A stretch of DNA of 64,000 bases from Bugula neritina (taxonomy: Eukaryota > Animalia > Bryozoa): NCBI GenBank assembly GCA_964035545.1, contig OZ037765.1, positions 21,637,504-21,701,503 on the forward strand, in the 5' to 3' direction. The notes under the pieces are model-generated. The model was given only the letters and a program-made list of their open reading frames with translations. It was not told the origin of the DNA and made no database searches. Shown here piece after piece: positions 44,026 through 57,660 of this stretch. The translations under genes and the position numbers were made by a program. Numbering within the stretch: position 1 is the first letter of the stretch; every line of letters starts with the position of its first letter.

Positions 44026-47000
44026 ATTAAGGCAACTGCACAGTGCTGTACATCGCAATTTATCTTGTACACACAAACATTTTCCACCTTTACAGTTGGT
44101 CTTTTTGCAAGAACATTTCCTTGTTTTTAAGATGTCACTGGGTGCATGAGGCTCACTCAGCCATGCTATCTCAAGTTGTTCATCCACAATCTTCCATCCT
44201 TGATTATCAGGACTTGGACAATTCATGATGGGCATGAGAGCAGAGCGCCACACTTTAGTCTGGTAGTTTGCCCGTTTACAATGCAGAGTGAGTGCATCAT
44301 AATTAGGTGGCAAGGATCTGTCTGTCGCACTACCAGTTCTAAAAAGTTCGTATCTAGCATCATTGACCGAGCTTACTGCACTGTTGTAGATCTTGCAAAC
44401 TAGGTTTTCAATGCCTTCTGGCACAACTGACAACTGAAAGTGTTGCCCGAAACCTGATAAGGCTTTGAGATGATTCTGGTTGCTCAGTGCTGTGATGGCA
44501 ATTGACTTCTTGCCCTTTCCATAAAAGCTGGAAGTAGTGTCGCACCCACTGAATGCGTGTAGGGCCGGTAAATTTCTAGACTTCTCATCTCCTAACTGAT
44601 CAGCAATTTCAGAGAGGCACACAAGTCTTTGATTTTTCCCTGAACCAGTAGCAAAAAAAACCTGTGCTGGAATCGAACTACAATGTGAAATGCCAATAAC
44701 AGCTACATCAGTGTCTGGAGACCATATTATTACATTTTCATGATGTTGACTAGCTATTTTTGCATGTAAGACCAACCTTGTATCTGCTTCCTCATGATCA
44801 CTCCGCATCTCTGGGCAATCGGTAGTCTGTGGCAGTTGATCGGGATTGAGCAACAGCTTAAATACATCTGTTGTTAACGCAACATAGAGAGCGACTGATG
44901 TAGAATGAGTTACAAGTTTAAGATGGTCGGCGATAAAACATTGTAGAGCTTGCTTGTTTTTTCCAGATGTTAAAAACTTCTTCCACTGAGATGGCCTACG
45001 CTGATCACTGCCATAGATCTTGACTTCCTGTACGGACTGACACCGTCTAGTTCTCTCACCTTCTTTAATACTTATTCTGTGATAGCAATCCCCAACTATA
45101 TCTACGCGGGTAGCTCTGAACTGTGAGGCTATCTGCAAAATGCGGTTTAGAAGAGCCAGTGCAAGCTCACCATATGTGGATGGTAGTTTTGATAATGGAA
45201 AGCTTTGAACTAGTGCCATGAAGTCTATCATAATGGCAGAAGATGATGGTTTACAACTAGCTATGCAAGATGGAGTCGTTTCTTCGAGATATTTTAGCAA
45301 AACTGGTTTAACAGTCTTGCAGAGTCCGGTGCCATTTGCATTAGATAGACTTCCCGGAACTTTTCTATCAGCACTGATTTCAGCGCACGTGTTGAGGTCA
45401 TTTGGAAACTCATCAATAAGCCCACTACATAGACATATAAAATTAAACAGAAGTGGAGGAATGGAGTTTTTTGAACTTACAGCATTAATTTCATGAACAG
45501 AAGGCACGTGTGATAGCTGTCTTTCAGAGCTCAAGATGGCATTTTTGATTGTCATTGCTGTGTGGTAAAGTTCAGACATAACAGAGAAGGGCACGAAATG
45601 TTCAGTTGGTTGAATGTTCTCAGGTTGCTCAAAAGTCGATGAATCGGATGTCGAAGAGTCGAGTTGTGAAGGCTCGGATAATTGTTTATGTATGTGTTTT
45701 TCAAGTTCTGCCAAGCCCATATCACATTTGGTAACCAAGTCACTAGCATTCTTTCGTAAACTGGAGTGGAACTTTAGCTGACCCCTATAATCTCTTTGTA
45801 GTCTGTACTTGAGCCAATTTGTGCTATGCTGAGTATGATCTAGTGGGCTGAGTGTCTCATACAGTTTTAAAAGTTGGGTAAGAGAGAGCTTTTCATTTGA
45901 TGTGATTATCCTTCTTTCAATAACTTCTTCGCAGAACTTTTTCCAATATGGGTCTTCTGTATACTCTTTGTTGATTGATTGAATCATATTCTTATATGAC
46001 AAAACATATCGTGAGCGACAGGAATTGTGATACTTTACTTCCAAAGCAACGCAATCTTGATTTCCAAGCAGTGTTATCAGTCTATTATCCTCCATCCCCT
46101 TAGCAGCCTCCAATAGCTTGCCACATGAAATGGTCTCAGCAGAGTGAAGTGGTTCATTGCATCCATGCTTTTGCCTTTTACGATGCTTCTCACAGATGAT
46201 ACAGACTTGTGGTAGGACATTTGATGTCATTTTGAGATTAGCTTTAGACCTTGTATATTTCACAGCAGGCTCATCATCACCTCTACTCTGTGATTCTTCC
46301 TCTGATACATGGAGTACCTAGTAAAGTACCATATGAATGTAAAGTGTTATACAATGTCAGCCATGTTTATTTTATTAAACAAAAAAAAAATTAATTTAAA
46401 ATTGTATTTGTATTGATTATATTCAATTAGTAATTAATATAAATATTATTATTATAATATAATTATACTGTTTATCATCACAATGATTATAATACTAACT
46501 ATACTATAATAATTATATTGATGCTAGGTTAAGAGTTTTTATATGGCAAAATTGTATATAAAATATTAAAATCAAAAATAACACAGGTTATAATAATAAT
46601 TAAACATTAGGATAATTTAATACATAAATATTAATATCTATTATATTTTATTCATTTATTAATATAATTAATAATTCAATATATGATATTTATTTCATAA
46701 TAATAATATAACTGCATGTATGTATTAATTATAATTTATTGTTATAAGTTGAATAAAAATATATTTAAAATTAAAAATAATCTTACTAAATTGCTAAATA
46801 CCACACACCTTTCTCTTAGAAGACATAGCTCTTTCTAGCTTGCTTTTAGCACAAAATCTAGCATAGCATTGTGCATGGTAATATCTATGACTTTGACTAG
46901 TATCACATTTTGATTTTGATTTTTGACCTTCTGGATCTAGACCTAGTTCATCAGACAAAAACTTGTTGGCAATAGCACACTCAGGCTGTTTTAGAGTTGG

Positions 47001-47092
47001 TAGCCAAAAGTTGGCAATTGCTTTTGTTTTTTTCTAACTTTTCTCCTTCCAATATCAGCAGTGTTTCATTTGCAATTTGTTTGTAATGAATA
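43966..47092 (-). pseudogene. AcademX protein remnant: exon ~47092-46810 (one frameshift), exon 46317-44026 open; original tail displaced to 39858-39775
   Basis: CAIHY...YYHAQCYARFCAK; CIIC...YHNSCRSRY; nuclease motifs IDFMALVQ, DHEEADTRLVLHA, WSPDTDV, LHAFSGCDTTSSFYGKGK; C-terminal KCSCKKTNCKGGKCLC...CTALCSC. GT-AG intron 46809-46318 is in frame. Confidence 0.8.
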
Positions 47093-49019
47093 GCACATTC
47101 TATGATCAGCTAAAATCTGTTCTTGCTTACAAACAGGAAGTGAAAAATATGGATAAATATTTGAACAGTTGTATTTAGCCTAAGTAATCAAAATAAATTA
47201 AGGGGGTCTATGTTAGCATCCCGCTTATATTCTCTTCTAAGGATCAGAATCTCAACTATGTTTTTAAATTGAGAGCATAACTCCTAATACTTTGCTTTAA
47301 GAATTTCGGCTTTTCATTCTAAAAATTAAGGGTGAAAGCCACAACTAGGTTAAGGTACAGTATTTTTTTTCATGTTCAGCATATTTCAATTGACCAAAAA
47401 AGTGTTTCAGAAAGTATCTACATGAAATTTTTTACGAACTTGAAAGATAAACCTCAGTTGCCACCAGACTATTGGTTACGGCTCTTGTGAGAACATAACT
47501 TATATTGGCTCTAGTTCTCATATATAATATCGGACTGTCCACTTACTGCATCGAACGCAAAAGTTCATTGGTTGCATGCGCTAAATTGAAGCAATCCACT
47601 TCAGCGGTTAATTCATCGGTTGCAGCATCCAGCGTGTATTGTATTGTATTGATTTTTCAACTTCTTGTAGTACTAATAGTTCAAAGATTGCAACCACCGA
47701 AATTTATAATAATAATTATGATTATGCTAACGTTTATTTTGTTGAAATGAAATAAATAGCTATTCTATTTTAATGGTTTGTTTTCTTGTGTGTGCAGTGT
47801 TTGTATTTGAGTTATGGCACTACTATTAGTATTACATTTACTATTAGTATTACTATTAGTATTACACTTTGACTTAGTATAACTATAAGTATAACTATAA
47901 CAGTCTAGCACTTCTTTATTTTTTGTTGAAACGTCCGGCTCACATTAAAATTGAACATTATTATTATTAATTCTAACTGTAATTTATATTATTATTATTA
48001 TTACTATTACTATTAGTATTAGTATATACTTTTAGTTTTAGTATTACATTTACTATTAGTCATTAATGATTAATCATTATGATTATGATTACAGATTAGG
48101 GCTAGGCCCAGGCTACTGTTTCAAGTTTTTAGCTTACCAAAGCCTAAGCAGCATAACATTAACTTTATTATTCCAATGAGAAATAGACAATAGTGAAACT
48201 GAATGGAATTAATTTGCGTGAGTATCAGACTCGCCCTCGGTATGGCTCATCACTTACAGTTATAATATTATTATTAATAATACTTGTAACGCTTACGTCT
48301 TACAGGCTGCTTGTCATTGTGGTATACTTTCAGCTTTAGAGTTATTGTCGTTCACTACATGAACATCACCTCATCAACCATAGTGAGTGTGACTAAAAAG
48401 TAAATGCTTTAGCTCAATGCGTGATATAAAAAGTTTACAGTCACTGGGTTTAAGTACTCCTAATCTTTAGTCAGTGTTTAAACTCCATGAGTTACTATAA
48501 CAGCAATAAAATTAAGTATCTATGGTTTTTGTCAAGTGTCTCAGATCTGTTATTGAACATAAATGTTATATTCATATTGCCAAGAAACATGCCATAGATT
48601 GATCATTGGTAATTTATATTGGATTTGGCTATTTTTTCTGTGCAGCTCTTTTTATTACAGTTGCCTGGTTTCTGCTGTTATATAGTTCTCCATAGACTGG
48701 TTCTACAGTCTGACAGTGGTTTTTTTTATTAAAACATTCTTTTCGACAATAGTAACTTTAGTTAGTAACAATAGTTTCTTTTTATCGTTGCCTGATTTTT
48801 GTTTGAGTTAAAGAGATATTGGTATAAGGGGCAATTTGTATTTTCCACATTTATATGGGCTTTGTAAAGTTCCTGCCAGTGCTATCATCATACTGCAAAG
48901 TTGAGTGAAACAGACTTCAGTATATGCAAGCAGTTTCATTTTCTTTAGTGATTTATGTAAAAACCGCTTTTAATACTGCCAAGATCTTTGGTGCCTTTGT
49001 TTTATTTCGATTATACATA

Positions 49020-49756
49020 TGTAATAATTTTATGCGTGGAATGTTATGATTCGCTGCATGTAATTATTGGTGTGGGTTATTAGCTGATGGAACACAGTGA
49101 CTCTTTGCTGAGAATATTTATTAATAAATAAATAAGAAGGTTTATACTCACTATCCTTTATTGCACTGCAATATATATCCAAAAATAGAAAAAGAGTTAG
49201 AGAGGATAACTCCTTACATCACGTGGAAAACTTTATGTACTACTATTATTCTAGGTATAAGGTAAATAACTATGCACTAAGTATACAAATGTCTTGGCTT
49301 GGTAGCTCCGGGTTGTGTCTTCATCTGATGCTGGCAGTCAACTGAATTCACTGGTGTGAGGGCTTCCTTTTATATGTTGGGATGTGACTAGTCTAGAAAG
49401 TTCCATGCGAATTCGAGGGAGTTCGCTCGAATCGCAGGGGATTCGCAGGGTCATAACAAAAGGTTCGCAGGAATTAGCTCAAATCTAGCGAATTTCGAGG
49501 GGAAATCCCAGTCATCATTAGTTATATAAGTAGCCCTATGCGTAGTTATGAACAATAGCTAATCCAGCTTTACTATAATAACACTTAGCTAGGAACAATA
49601 ACTAATCCAGTCATTACCATCATGACACCTAGCTGTTAATGGACTGGGGCTATGCAAACTGATACATTTAAGAAAAACACGCATTCCATGGGAATGAAAG
49701 AAATACTAGTAAGGAATACACGCAACAATTATTGAAATATACACAATTTTACCACA
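49020..49756 (-). mobile_element. Solo LTR (Gypsy-like by its 4-bp TSD)
   Basis: TGTAATAATTTT...AATTTTACCACA (TG..CA). TSD CATA at 49016-49019 and 49757-49760. Minus-strand TATA-like ATATAAAAGG at ~49370 and AATAAA at ~49160. Internal short repeats (TTCGCAGG; a ~42-bp duplicated block). Confidence 0.72.
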
Positions 49757-52700
49757 CATATATTGATCAAACTTTAGATTGTATTCTATCACTATTTGTA
49801 CATGTTTTCATGTGTAATATGGATTAGTGAAAGCCCTTTCTTAAAAATAAAAGTCTGAAATATATTGGTGTTGAAAAACATTTTGTGTTCATATGACTGC
49901 ATATAAAGTATTTCTATGTTTACCTAGGAAAGTTGCTTGTATTTATTAATGCCTGCATTAGGTTGAAGCATGGTTTAACAAAAAAATTACCTTTATAGCT
50001 TATTCACGAATTGGGACGAATATTGGCACTGCGAATGCAGATTTTGTTCATTTTGAATTACTTTTGATTGACTTTTTAAAATTCGTTGGAACCTGACCAA
50101 GCTAGGTTCAACTGAAGAATTTATCTGATCGCACATCATTGGCTTATTTTATAAAGCAAGGGCATAATGCACTTGGCAAACAAGTTGCTTCAGCAGCATT
50201 GCTTGTAACTAAATTGAATAATCAATACTTTAGTAATATTAACAATAATAAAAAATAATTAATTAAATTGAAAAAATTTTTAGGAAGCATATTATTTTAC
50301 TAGTCAGCAGCATCTCTAAATTATTTTAAGCGGTTTTCATGGCAGAAGTATTTTTTTTATCTAGAAATTGTCAGAGCTAGACCAGTTGCACTGTATGGTC
50401 TTTCTGATCCTGACTACAAAGATGCAAGTTAGCAACTGAGTTGATGTGCACAATGAGTAGCAGTGATTTGAAAAAAGTTAACATGTGGTTAAATTAAAAT
50501 TGATGCAACTCAATCATTTCACATAAAGTAGTTACTGCCAGCTTCTATTTAATTTTATGTTATAATTAGTTCAGCTAAAAATGTCTTACCAATAGTTCTT
50601 TTATGGAGGAAATACAATAAAACAGGGAATTTTAAGTTTTTATTTAGCAACAGTAAAAAGTATTAGTGATAAGTAGTGAAAAGCTAAGAAAGAATAAATA
50701 ATTGGTTTGAGTTTGATATAAAAACACAACACGGAATTCAGTTTTACGTGTCATTTTCTTTTCATAGTCCAACTGTTGTTAAACATAAATTTCAGATTAA
50801 GTTTAGCTAATAAATTTTAAATTTTTCATAATTTAAGTTTGTCACTTGATTCTTTTATTAATGCAAAACTTTTACTTTGTTATCACACAACATGATTAAG
50901 TTTAACTAGTAACAACTTTACTAGTAAAATACCATTGCTAAGCAACTATACACTACTACTGCAAATGGGTATTTGTTGGGCAAATTTGTGGTGTCTGAAT
51001 AAGCTATTACAGTCTCTGGCAAATCACTTATCTATATTTCGTTAAATAATTTTGGCCCAATTACCGATTCTTGTGGCACCCTAAAAACAGACTGAGAAGT
51101 AGATTGACAGAGTTCTTCATATCTCAACCCTCCAACTTCTCTCATTTTTAAATTTTTTTACATTTATCTGACAATACCCAGGTTTATTCCATTAATGTGT
51201 TAACTCTTCAGCATGAACAGTATGTGGACATATAATTGAATGCTTTCCACAGTAGAGCCCTCCTCTACAGTCTTTATGTCATGGTATATCTGAGTAACTG
51301 GGTCAACAACCAAGATGATCTCAAGTGTTCAAATAATATAGCACATTATAATTCAACATGTGGCACAGTATTTTGGTAGTTCTTTAGACTTTTTATTTTG
51401 TGAATTGCATTACATTTGGATTGTGTTAGGCATAGCAGTACTTGATGTCAATAAGCAGCTGGGTAATGTATATCCAACTTTTTGCCACTATTCTAGGCTC
51501 AAAATAGAGCTCTGCAATGATAAATTGAAAAATTCATTTTGTTTTCTCCCCTATCTCTGATTGCTTTACAAAAATAAAATTTACCTAATAAATGACACTG
51601 GCTAATGACCTTAATTAGAAACAAATGCAATGGCATGGATTCATGCAGTAAAAACAGCAGCCAATAATTAGCCATCAGTAACTTTGAGCTCCTGCTGCAA
51701 CAATTGGCCTAGATTCACTGCATTATCACACCAAAAAAACCTTAGTGATAAGCTAATAAGAGTTCTACATTTAGTCTATAGTGCATAGGTACAGCAAAAA
51801 AGTTAAGCTTACCTACGAGCCACCACAACTAGATTAACTTATTGTAGCATGTATTACACTGTTGTCAACTATTAAGCTTTTTATAAGATATTGCATCATG
51901 CCACATAATAATGTTGACTACCTACTGTAAACTGCTTAGCATACTTATACCATTAGTTGTTGAAATGCAAATCATGCTGCAATTTCTTTTATAGGTGTGT
52001 GGTAGGTTTTGTAGAATCTTGGGCTCTTCAGATCAACACAAGTAGATTAGAGTTAGCCATCGGCTCTTATATGAGTACAGGTATATATTTATAATGTTTT
52101 CAATATTGTAAACACCTATGCTACTATTATAGTTTTAACTAAAAAGTACCATTAGACAAACTTTTGTCCTTATTATGCTGTATTAAGTATTTTATCAATG
52201 AACAAGCAACATGATTATTATTATTAAACATAATAAATGTAGATAGCAATTTTACAACTGATTTCATTTCCCTGTTGTTTCTAGCCTAAATTCCCAATGT
52301 CTTCCTGCATTTGTATCAAAGTAGCATGTGACTAGTTTTGGAGAACTTCTACCGTTGTTTTTATTCTGAATTAGTATTAAAAATATCCATCAGTTAATCA
52401 ACTACCTGCACATTTTCAACTCATTATTAAACGGAAAAGAATGGCTTCAATGAAACTTCATTCAAAAACTAAATTTGATTCTTCTTAACAAATGTTTTTG
52501 TTGATAAGAACAACAGGTTTTGTTATTTTTCAATTTTTATATACAAAAACACCAGCGCCTTATAAAATACACTTTAGTCACATTGCAAATATAAACGTGT
52601 GCAGAGAAATCTTCTACCATTCAGCATTGTTTTATGGGCAATTTCACAGTGTAAGCTTAGCTTATCATCAGTTCTGTGCTACATAGTATTGCATAAGGAA

Positions 52701-53015
52701 AGCCACTCTATAGCCTTGTATCTGTATGTGCTTGCCTATATGAAATAGACTGTGGAGAGTTTGTCATTGTTTTTATTTTGTCTCATGTTGGGTAAGTTTC
52801 TAAATTATAGGGTTTATTTATGTAATTTGAGCTATGTATATTGATAGTTTGGTCAAATTGTGCCAATTATTTGGGCTCATCTCTGCTATGTTAGTTTTTC
52901 AGCGATATAATACTTTATTGCAATGATGTGGTAGTAAAGTACATGTAATTATATCTATCAAGTGTATAAATTAGAAACTTACCTTTCTATTACTTTACCC
53001 AGTTTCTGCCATGTG

Positions 53016-55424
53016 ATGGTTGGATATAAACCAGAGGAAAAGCAACTGTCTCACTACAAATATCTATTAGCTGGCGGGACAAGTGGCATTTTGACAAGAG
53101 CTTGTACACAACCTGTGGATTTTCTCAAAATCCGATTTCAAGTATGTGATAATGCATTTGAAATATGTAAAAACATGCTTATTTATTTGTGTGAAATTCA
53201 ATTTCAATCATTACGGTTTTGTGAACTTTTTAAGTATTCTCTGGTCACTTAATATTAGGTTTCAGAAGCCATCAAAAGATGGTTGTATGCAGTGGAGTCT
53301 GGTACCCTGGGCCTCTTGTACCATTAACAGCTGCTAGCATTGTTAGCTGATTAACCATTTGTGCATAATGGTAAACGTCTTATCTAGGGGATGCGGTTTG
53401 TTATAAGAGCGGTTCTACAAGATACAGTTGAACTGTAAATAGATTGTAGGTGGGGAACGCAGAGGTCATTGGAAGTTGCCAATTTAAAACAATGTTATCT
53501 TATCCCATTTGATGCAGACAATGTTATAATCGATCAGTCTCAATACAGTATTAAACTGATAACTATACTACCATTGCTATTGCTTATTTTGTTACCAATT
53601 AACTACACAGTCTTAATACAGATGTAGAGGTAACATAAGTTTAGGTCTGCAATGTATTAAATTGCATTTTGTAGGATTTCTCACTAGTGTACAGGTTTTG
53701 TTGAAATTTCTTCATTCCCCACACTTTTTACTGTAGCTACAAGTTGAGCCCATAGCCAAGAGTGGTGTTGATTCAAAATACAGAGGGGTTTATCATGCTG
53801 TCAAAACAATACTCAAAGAAGAATCCTGGACTGCTTTTTGGAAAGGTCATTTACCATCACAGAGTTTGGCTGGACTTTTCATGGCTATAGAGGTTGTTGG
53901 ATTGTGTTTTAAATAATTTTGTACAATTGATTGATTCTCGTGTATTATTAAAGTAATATAAATCAGTGGTGTTCTCAAATATTTTCTTACTTGATTAGTC
54001 TTTTATAGAAAACACCCCTCACAGATGTTCCATTTCCTTATATTAAAACACTTCACTTGCTTGCTATTTGCACTTTTCTACAATCCTTAGCTAATTTTGG
54101 TTATAAGCAAAATGGCCACTGCTCACATTTTTAGTGGGATGTTGACGATTTTTTACCCCACCAGTTCTCATTTAGTGTAAAAACAGTAGATACTTTATAG
54201 CTCAAAGTTGTGATTTTTTAAACCAAATTTGAATATTGTGGCTGGATTATCATATCATCACATACTGTGCCATGTTGCAGTTTGCTGCCTTTGAATCACT
54301 TACTAAGAAGCTATATACAGAATCTCAGAACCAGCGTACTGCCCAGCACTTTATTTGTGGCGCCTGTGCAGGATCACTGGCTACTGTTACATCATATCCA
54401 TTAGATGTACTCAGAACAAGATTTGTTACTCAGGGAAAAGTCCAGGTAAAATCATTTGGCATATGCCCCCCCTCCCCATACTCCTTCTAATATTGTATGC
54501 GGAATTGCTTATACTATAGTGCCTTGGTAAGGGTCCTGGCTAGATTAAAAACGTACTACTCGTCCTGTTATTAGTTGAGCACAGCTGAAGTTATTGTGAA
54601 TATAGTTATTGCCCTTGTAGGTGTATTCCAGTATCACTCATGCTTTTAACCACATTTATCGATATGAAGGAATGCGTGGCTTCTACAGAGGGCTGCTAGC
54701 AGGACTGTGTCACATTGCACCACAATCTGCCCTTTATTTTGGATTGTACCATGTATTCGGAAATACTTTTGCAGTCTTCCTACCATCACATTATTCAGGT
54801 TTGTTGAAACAATATATAGCATTATGGAGGCTTATACCAGCTCAGTTGAATGGTCATGTCAGCAACGTGAATTTTTATTAGGTTTCTTCATAAAAATTAT
54901 AAAAGTACTTATTGTAGCTGCAACAAAGCATCCTATTTTATTGGTAATTGTTATATCTGGTATCTGTTAACAGTTCTATGTTTTAATTTACCAATATGAA
55001 GAGTTTGTGCTTAGGCCGTGATGTATAAGGATCAGATAAATTATACATAATCATGAAATATATGGCTCCAGCTTATGCCTGCATGCTTGCAATTTGCATT
55101 GCCTTACTAGTGCTTATTGTTGTAGACCTAATCACAGCTTTATCAGGTGCAGCTGCGGGCATATCCTCAAAACTTGTTGTGTATCCTTTTGACACATCTA
55201 AACGAAGGTTGCAAGTGGTAGGGTTTGAGACAGCTAGAAAGGAGTTTGGTGCTACGAGGATATATACAGGTGTTATTGACCACCTTGTGACGGCTACAAA
55301 GGAAGAGGGCTTTCGTGGTTTATATAAAGGTGCCTCATGGGCATGTATCAAAGCTGGACTTAGTACTAGTATGTATTTCTTCATTTATGAAAAAGTGTGC
55401 AGAATTCTTCGCACTTCCTATTAA
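53016..55424 (+). CDS. SLC25A19: Mitochondrial thiamine pyrophosphate carrier (SLC25 family), 5 coding exons
   Basis: Exons 53016-53141, 53737-53892, 54281-54445, 54621-54798, 55126-55424. MVGY start, PVDFLKIRFQLQVEP, FWKGH, YPLDVLRTRFVTQG, YPFDTSKRRLQVVGFETARKEFG. Confidence 0.9.
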
Positions 55425-55650
55425 TGAAGAAATATTATAATTATTTAATTTTTGATAAAGATAATCAGAAATCATTTACTGTTTGAATCTCTGGTTTGTT
55501 GTTTTTTTTGTATGTATAGCTTATTTTTGAAATGTTGTGCTAGTTTAGTTTTGATAAAATATATTTTTTAGGAAAATTTATTAAAATTTGTTAGTGTTTG
55601 TCCATAGGAGTTACAAAAATATATGCATTGTCTCATTCTAATGTAATCAT

Positions 55651-57500
55651 TCACTTGTCTACATTCATCTGCCGATCAGTTAGTTGAATTTTCTCCCCTG
55701 GCTTGAATGCTGGCATACCAAGATATGGGCATGATGAGCAGCGGAAGGCATCACCAAGGTAGCACTAGAAAAAAAGAGTTAGGTTCAAAATTAACTTGTA
55801 ATTACTAATTAGCTGTGACAATATAAGTTATGGAGTACATCCATGTATAATGGGGGAAAAACTTACACTACCACAGGCTGATGTTACTGTTTTAGACTTC
55901 AGTTTTACTCCATTTGTTATTCCTTCCAACTCATCTGCAAGACCGCATGTGCAGTTTTTGCATGCCTTCTTTTTACCAGTGCCCGGGCCACATGGTGCTA
56001 AAAGTAGGTACATTGCTTTGTAATGAAATTGTTGGAGTTATCAATGCATATCAAAAACTCAACAGAACTAATTCATCAAAGCAATCATACTTTGTTCAAC
56101 AGATTGTATTCAAAAGAACAGCATTAGCAATAAAATAAAAATACTAGGTAATGACGACAGCATAGTTTCAAAGGCCTCTTGTGATCAAATTTTGTCGCCA
56201 AAAAAAAACTATAGAAAGGAAGTGCAAAAGTTAGTTCTATCAACGTATTGTTGAATATCTAGTCACTAGTGGGTCAACACTATTGCCATAGATTTACCTA
56301 GCAAAGATTCAGGATTAGGTTTCTTAAAATCTTCCTCTTGCAAAAGATTGCTATCATCAATAAGCTCCAAATCGTCATCTAACATGTCGTCAGCATCTAG
56401 AGACCAAACTTTCTCTGTTGCTGGTTTTTCTAAAATGAGTGTTCACCACCAAACTGTCAGTGAAACTAGCTGGTGAATTGTTTTTATTTCATCTTGTTTG
56501 AATGGTAAATAGAGTAATATTTGAATAGCTAGATGTAAAAATTGTGAAATCCTACTTTGTAAAAAATTTTCCTGGTAACATATTAATAAAAAAAGAAAAT
56601 TTGCTACACGGAAAAGGTTCAACATACTTTTAAAAGATATTTTCAGCTGTGAGCTAGAGCCAACCTCATAACTGGGTTTATAAGCTGAATATTCTACCCA
56701 TTCTTGACTAGAATCTTCATTCATCTAAATAAAGAATAATTACATAAGGAGATTTCGTTTTTGATAAAGGCAATAAGTCTTTAAAATTAATTTAATTGTT
56801 TGTCACCTGCTTCCCCCCAACAAATCCTGATAACTTTAGCTTAGCAAGAATGGATGTGGCGTCAGTGGCAGACTCTACCAAAATGAGTTGACCAGATGGT
56901 TTCAACAGTTGAAGAATATCGGCTAAAGTTTTTTCGCCATAGTTTGCATATGGAGGCACAACACCACATAGTACAGTGTCAAATGTGCTGGGTGGATGAC
57001 TGCCTATTTGAAAAAAAGATGAAAATTCAATACCACGAAATTGTATCACTGACTTCGTGCCTCACATAAAATTTTAAGACAATCTAAGTACTGCCATGAT
57101 TATAATTCTTATAATATAACATTTCCATTTTAAAGTAACAAGTGAGTAGTTTTAATAACAGAAACTTTTCGAAAAATAAAAGAGATGACAATAACAATTG
57201 TTATAGATAATTGAGAGTGTACAAACCATTTAAATTTTCACCTATTCAACTTCCTTATTCACTAAAAAATCTCTATCACTAGATAACTAAAAACAATTAA
57301 AGTTAAACTTAACTGTCAGTGTTGATATACTTACTCATTTTAAGGCGATCAACATTTTCAAGCTGGAGAGATGATCCTTCCTTACATTTGGTTTTGATAT
57401 CGTCGGCCGAGTTCTTCACCATTTCTGGACTGCATTCTGATGACCACAACAGCAATATGGCACTATTGGGCAGTAACTGGGCATTTGTAACCGAAAACAT
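55651..57500 (-). CDS. CIAPIN1: Anamorsin/Dre2 Fe-S cluster assembly protein, 6 coding exons
   Basis: Exons 57500-57335, 57003-56807, 56724-56628, 56429-56298, 55997-55867, 55764-55651. [55 protein letters not shown]. Confidence 0.96.
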
Positions 57501-57660
57501 GATCGTAGTAAAGATGGCCTGAAGAAATAAATATAGTTACATTATTAACTATACTGATGCTAATACTAATAGTAATTGACTACGTGATCTTAGTATTAGC
57601 ATAGCAAAGCTAGTCACATTATTAGTATGTTTAAAAATAAATGTCACAATGACCATCAGT

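Larger units (their letters stand above)
38972..47471 (-). mobile_element. Academ-superfamily (AcademX-type) DNA transposon, internally deleted, interrupted by a nested element
   Basis: Termini TAGTCCGGTGGCAA / TTGCCACCAGACTA (13 of 14 match). 3-bp TSD TTG at 38969-38971 and 47472-47474. Patchy subterminal inverted similarity for about 300-360 bp. Encodes an XPG/PIN-like nuclease plus a Cys-rich tail. Confidence 0.85.

Noticed and set aside
50085-50112. GAACCTGA hairpin upstream of the TPP carrier as a TPP riboswitch
   Set aside because: Lacks an upstream CUGAGA and the P4/P5 UAAU...GCG..GG elements.
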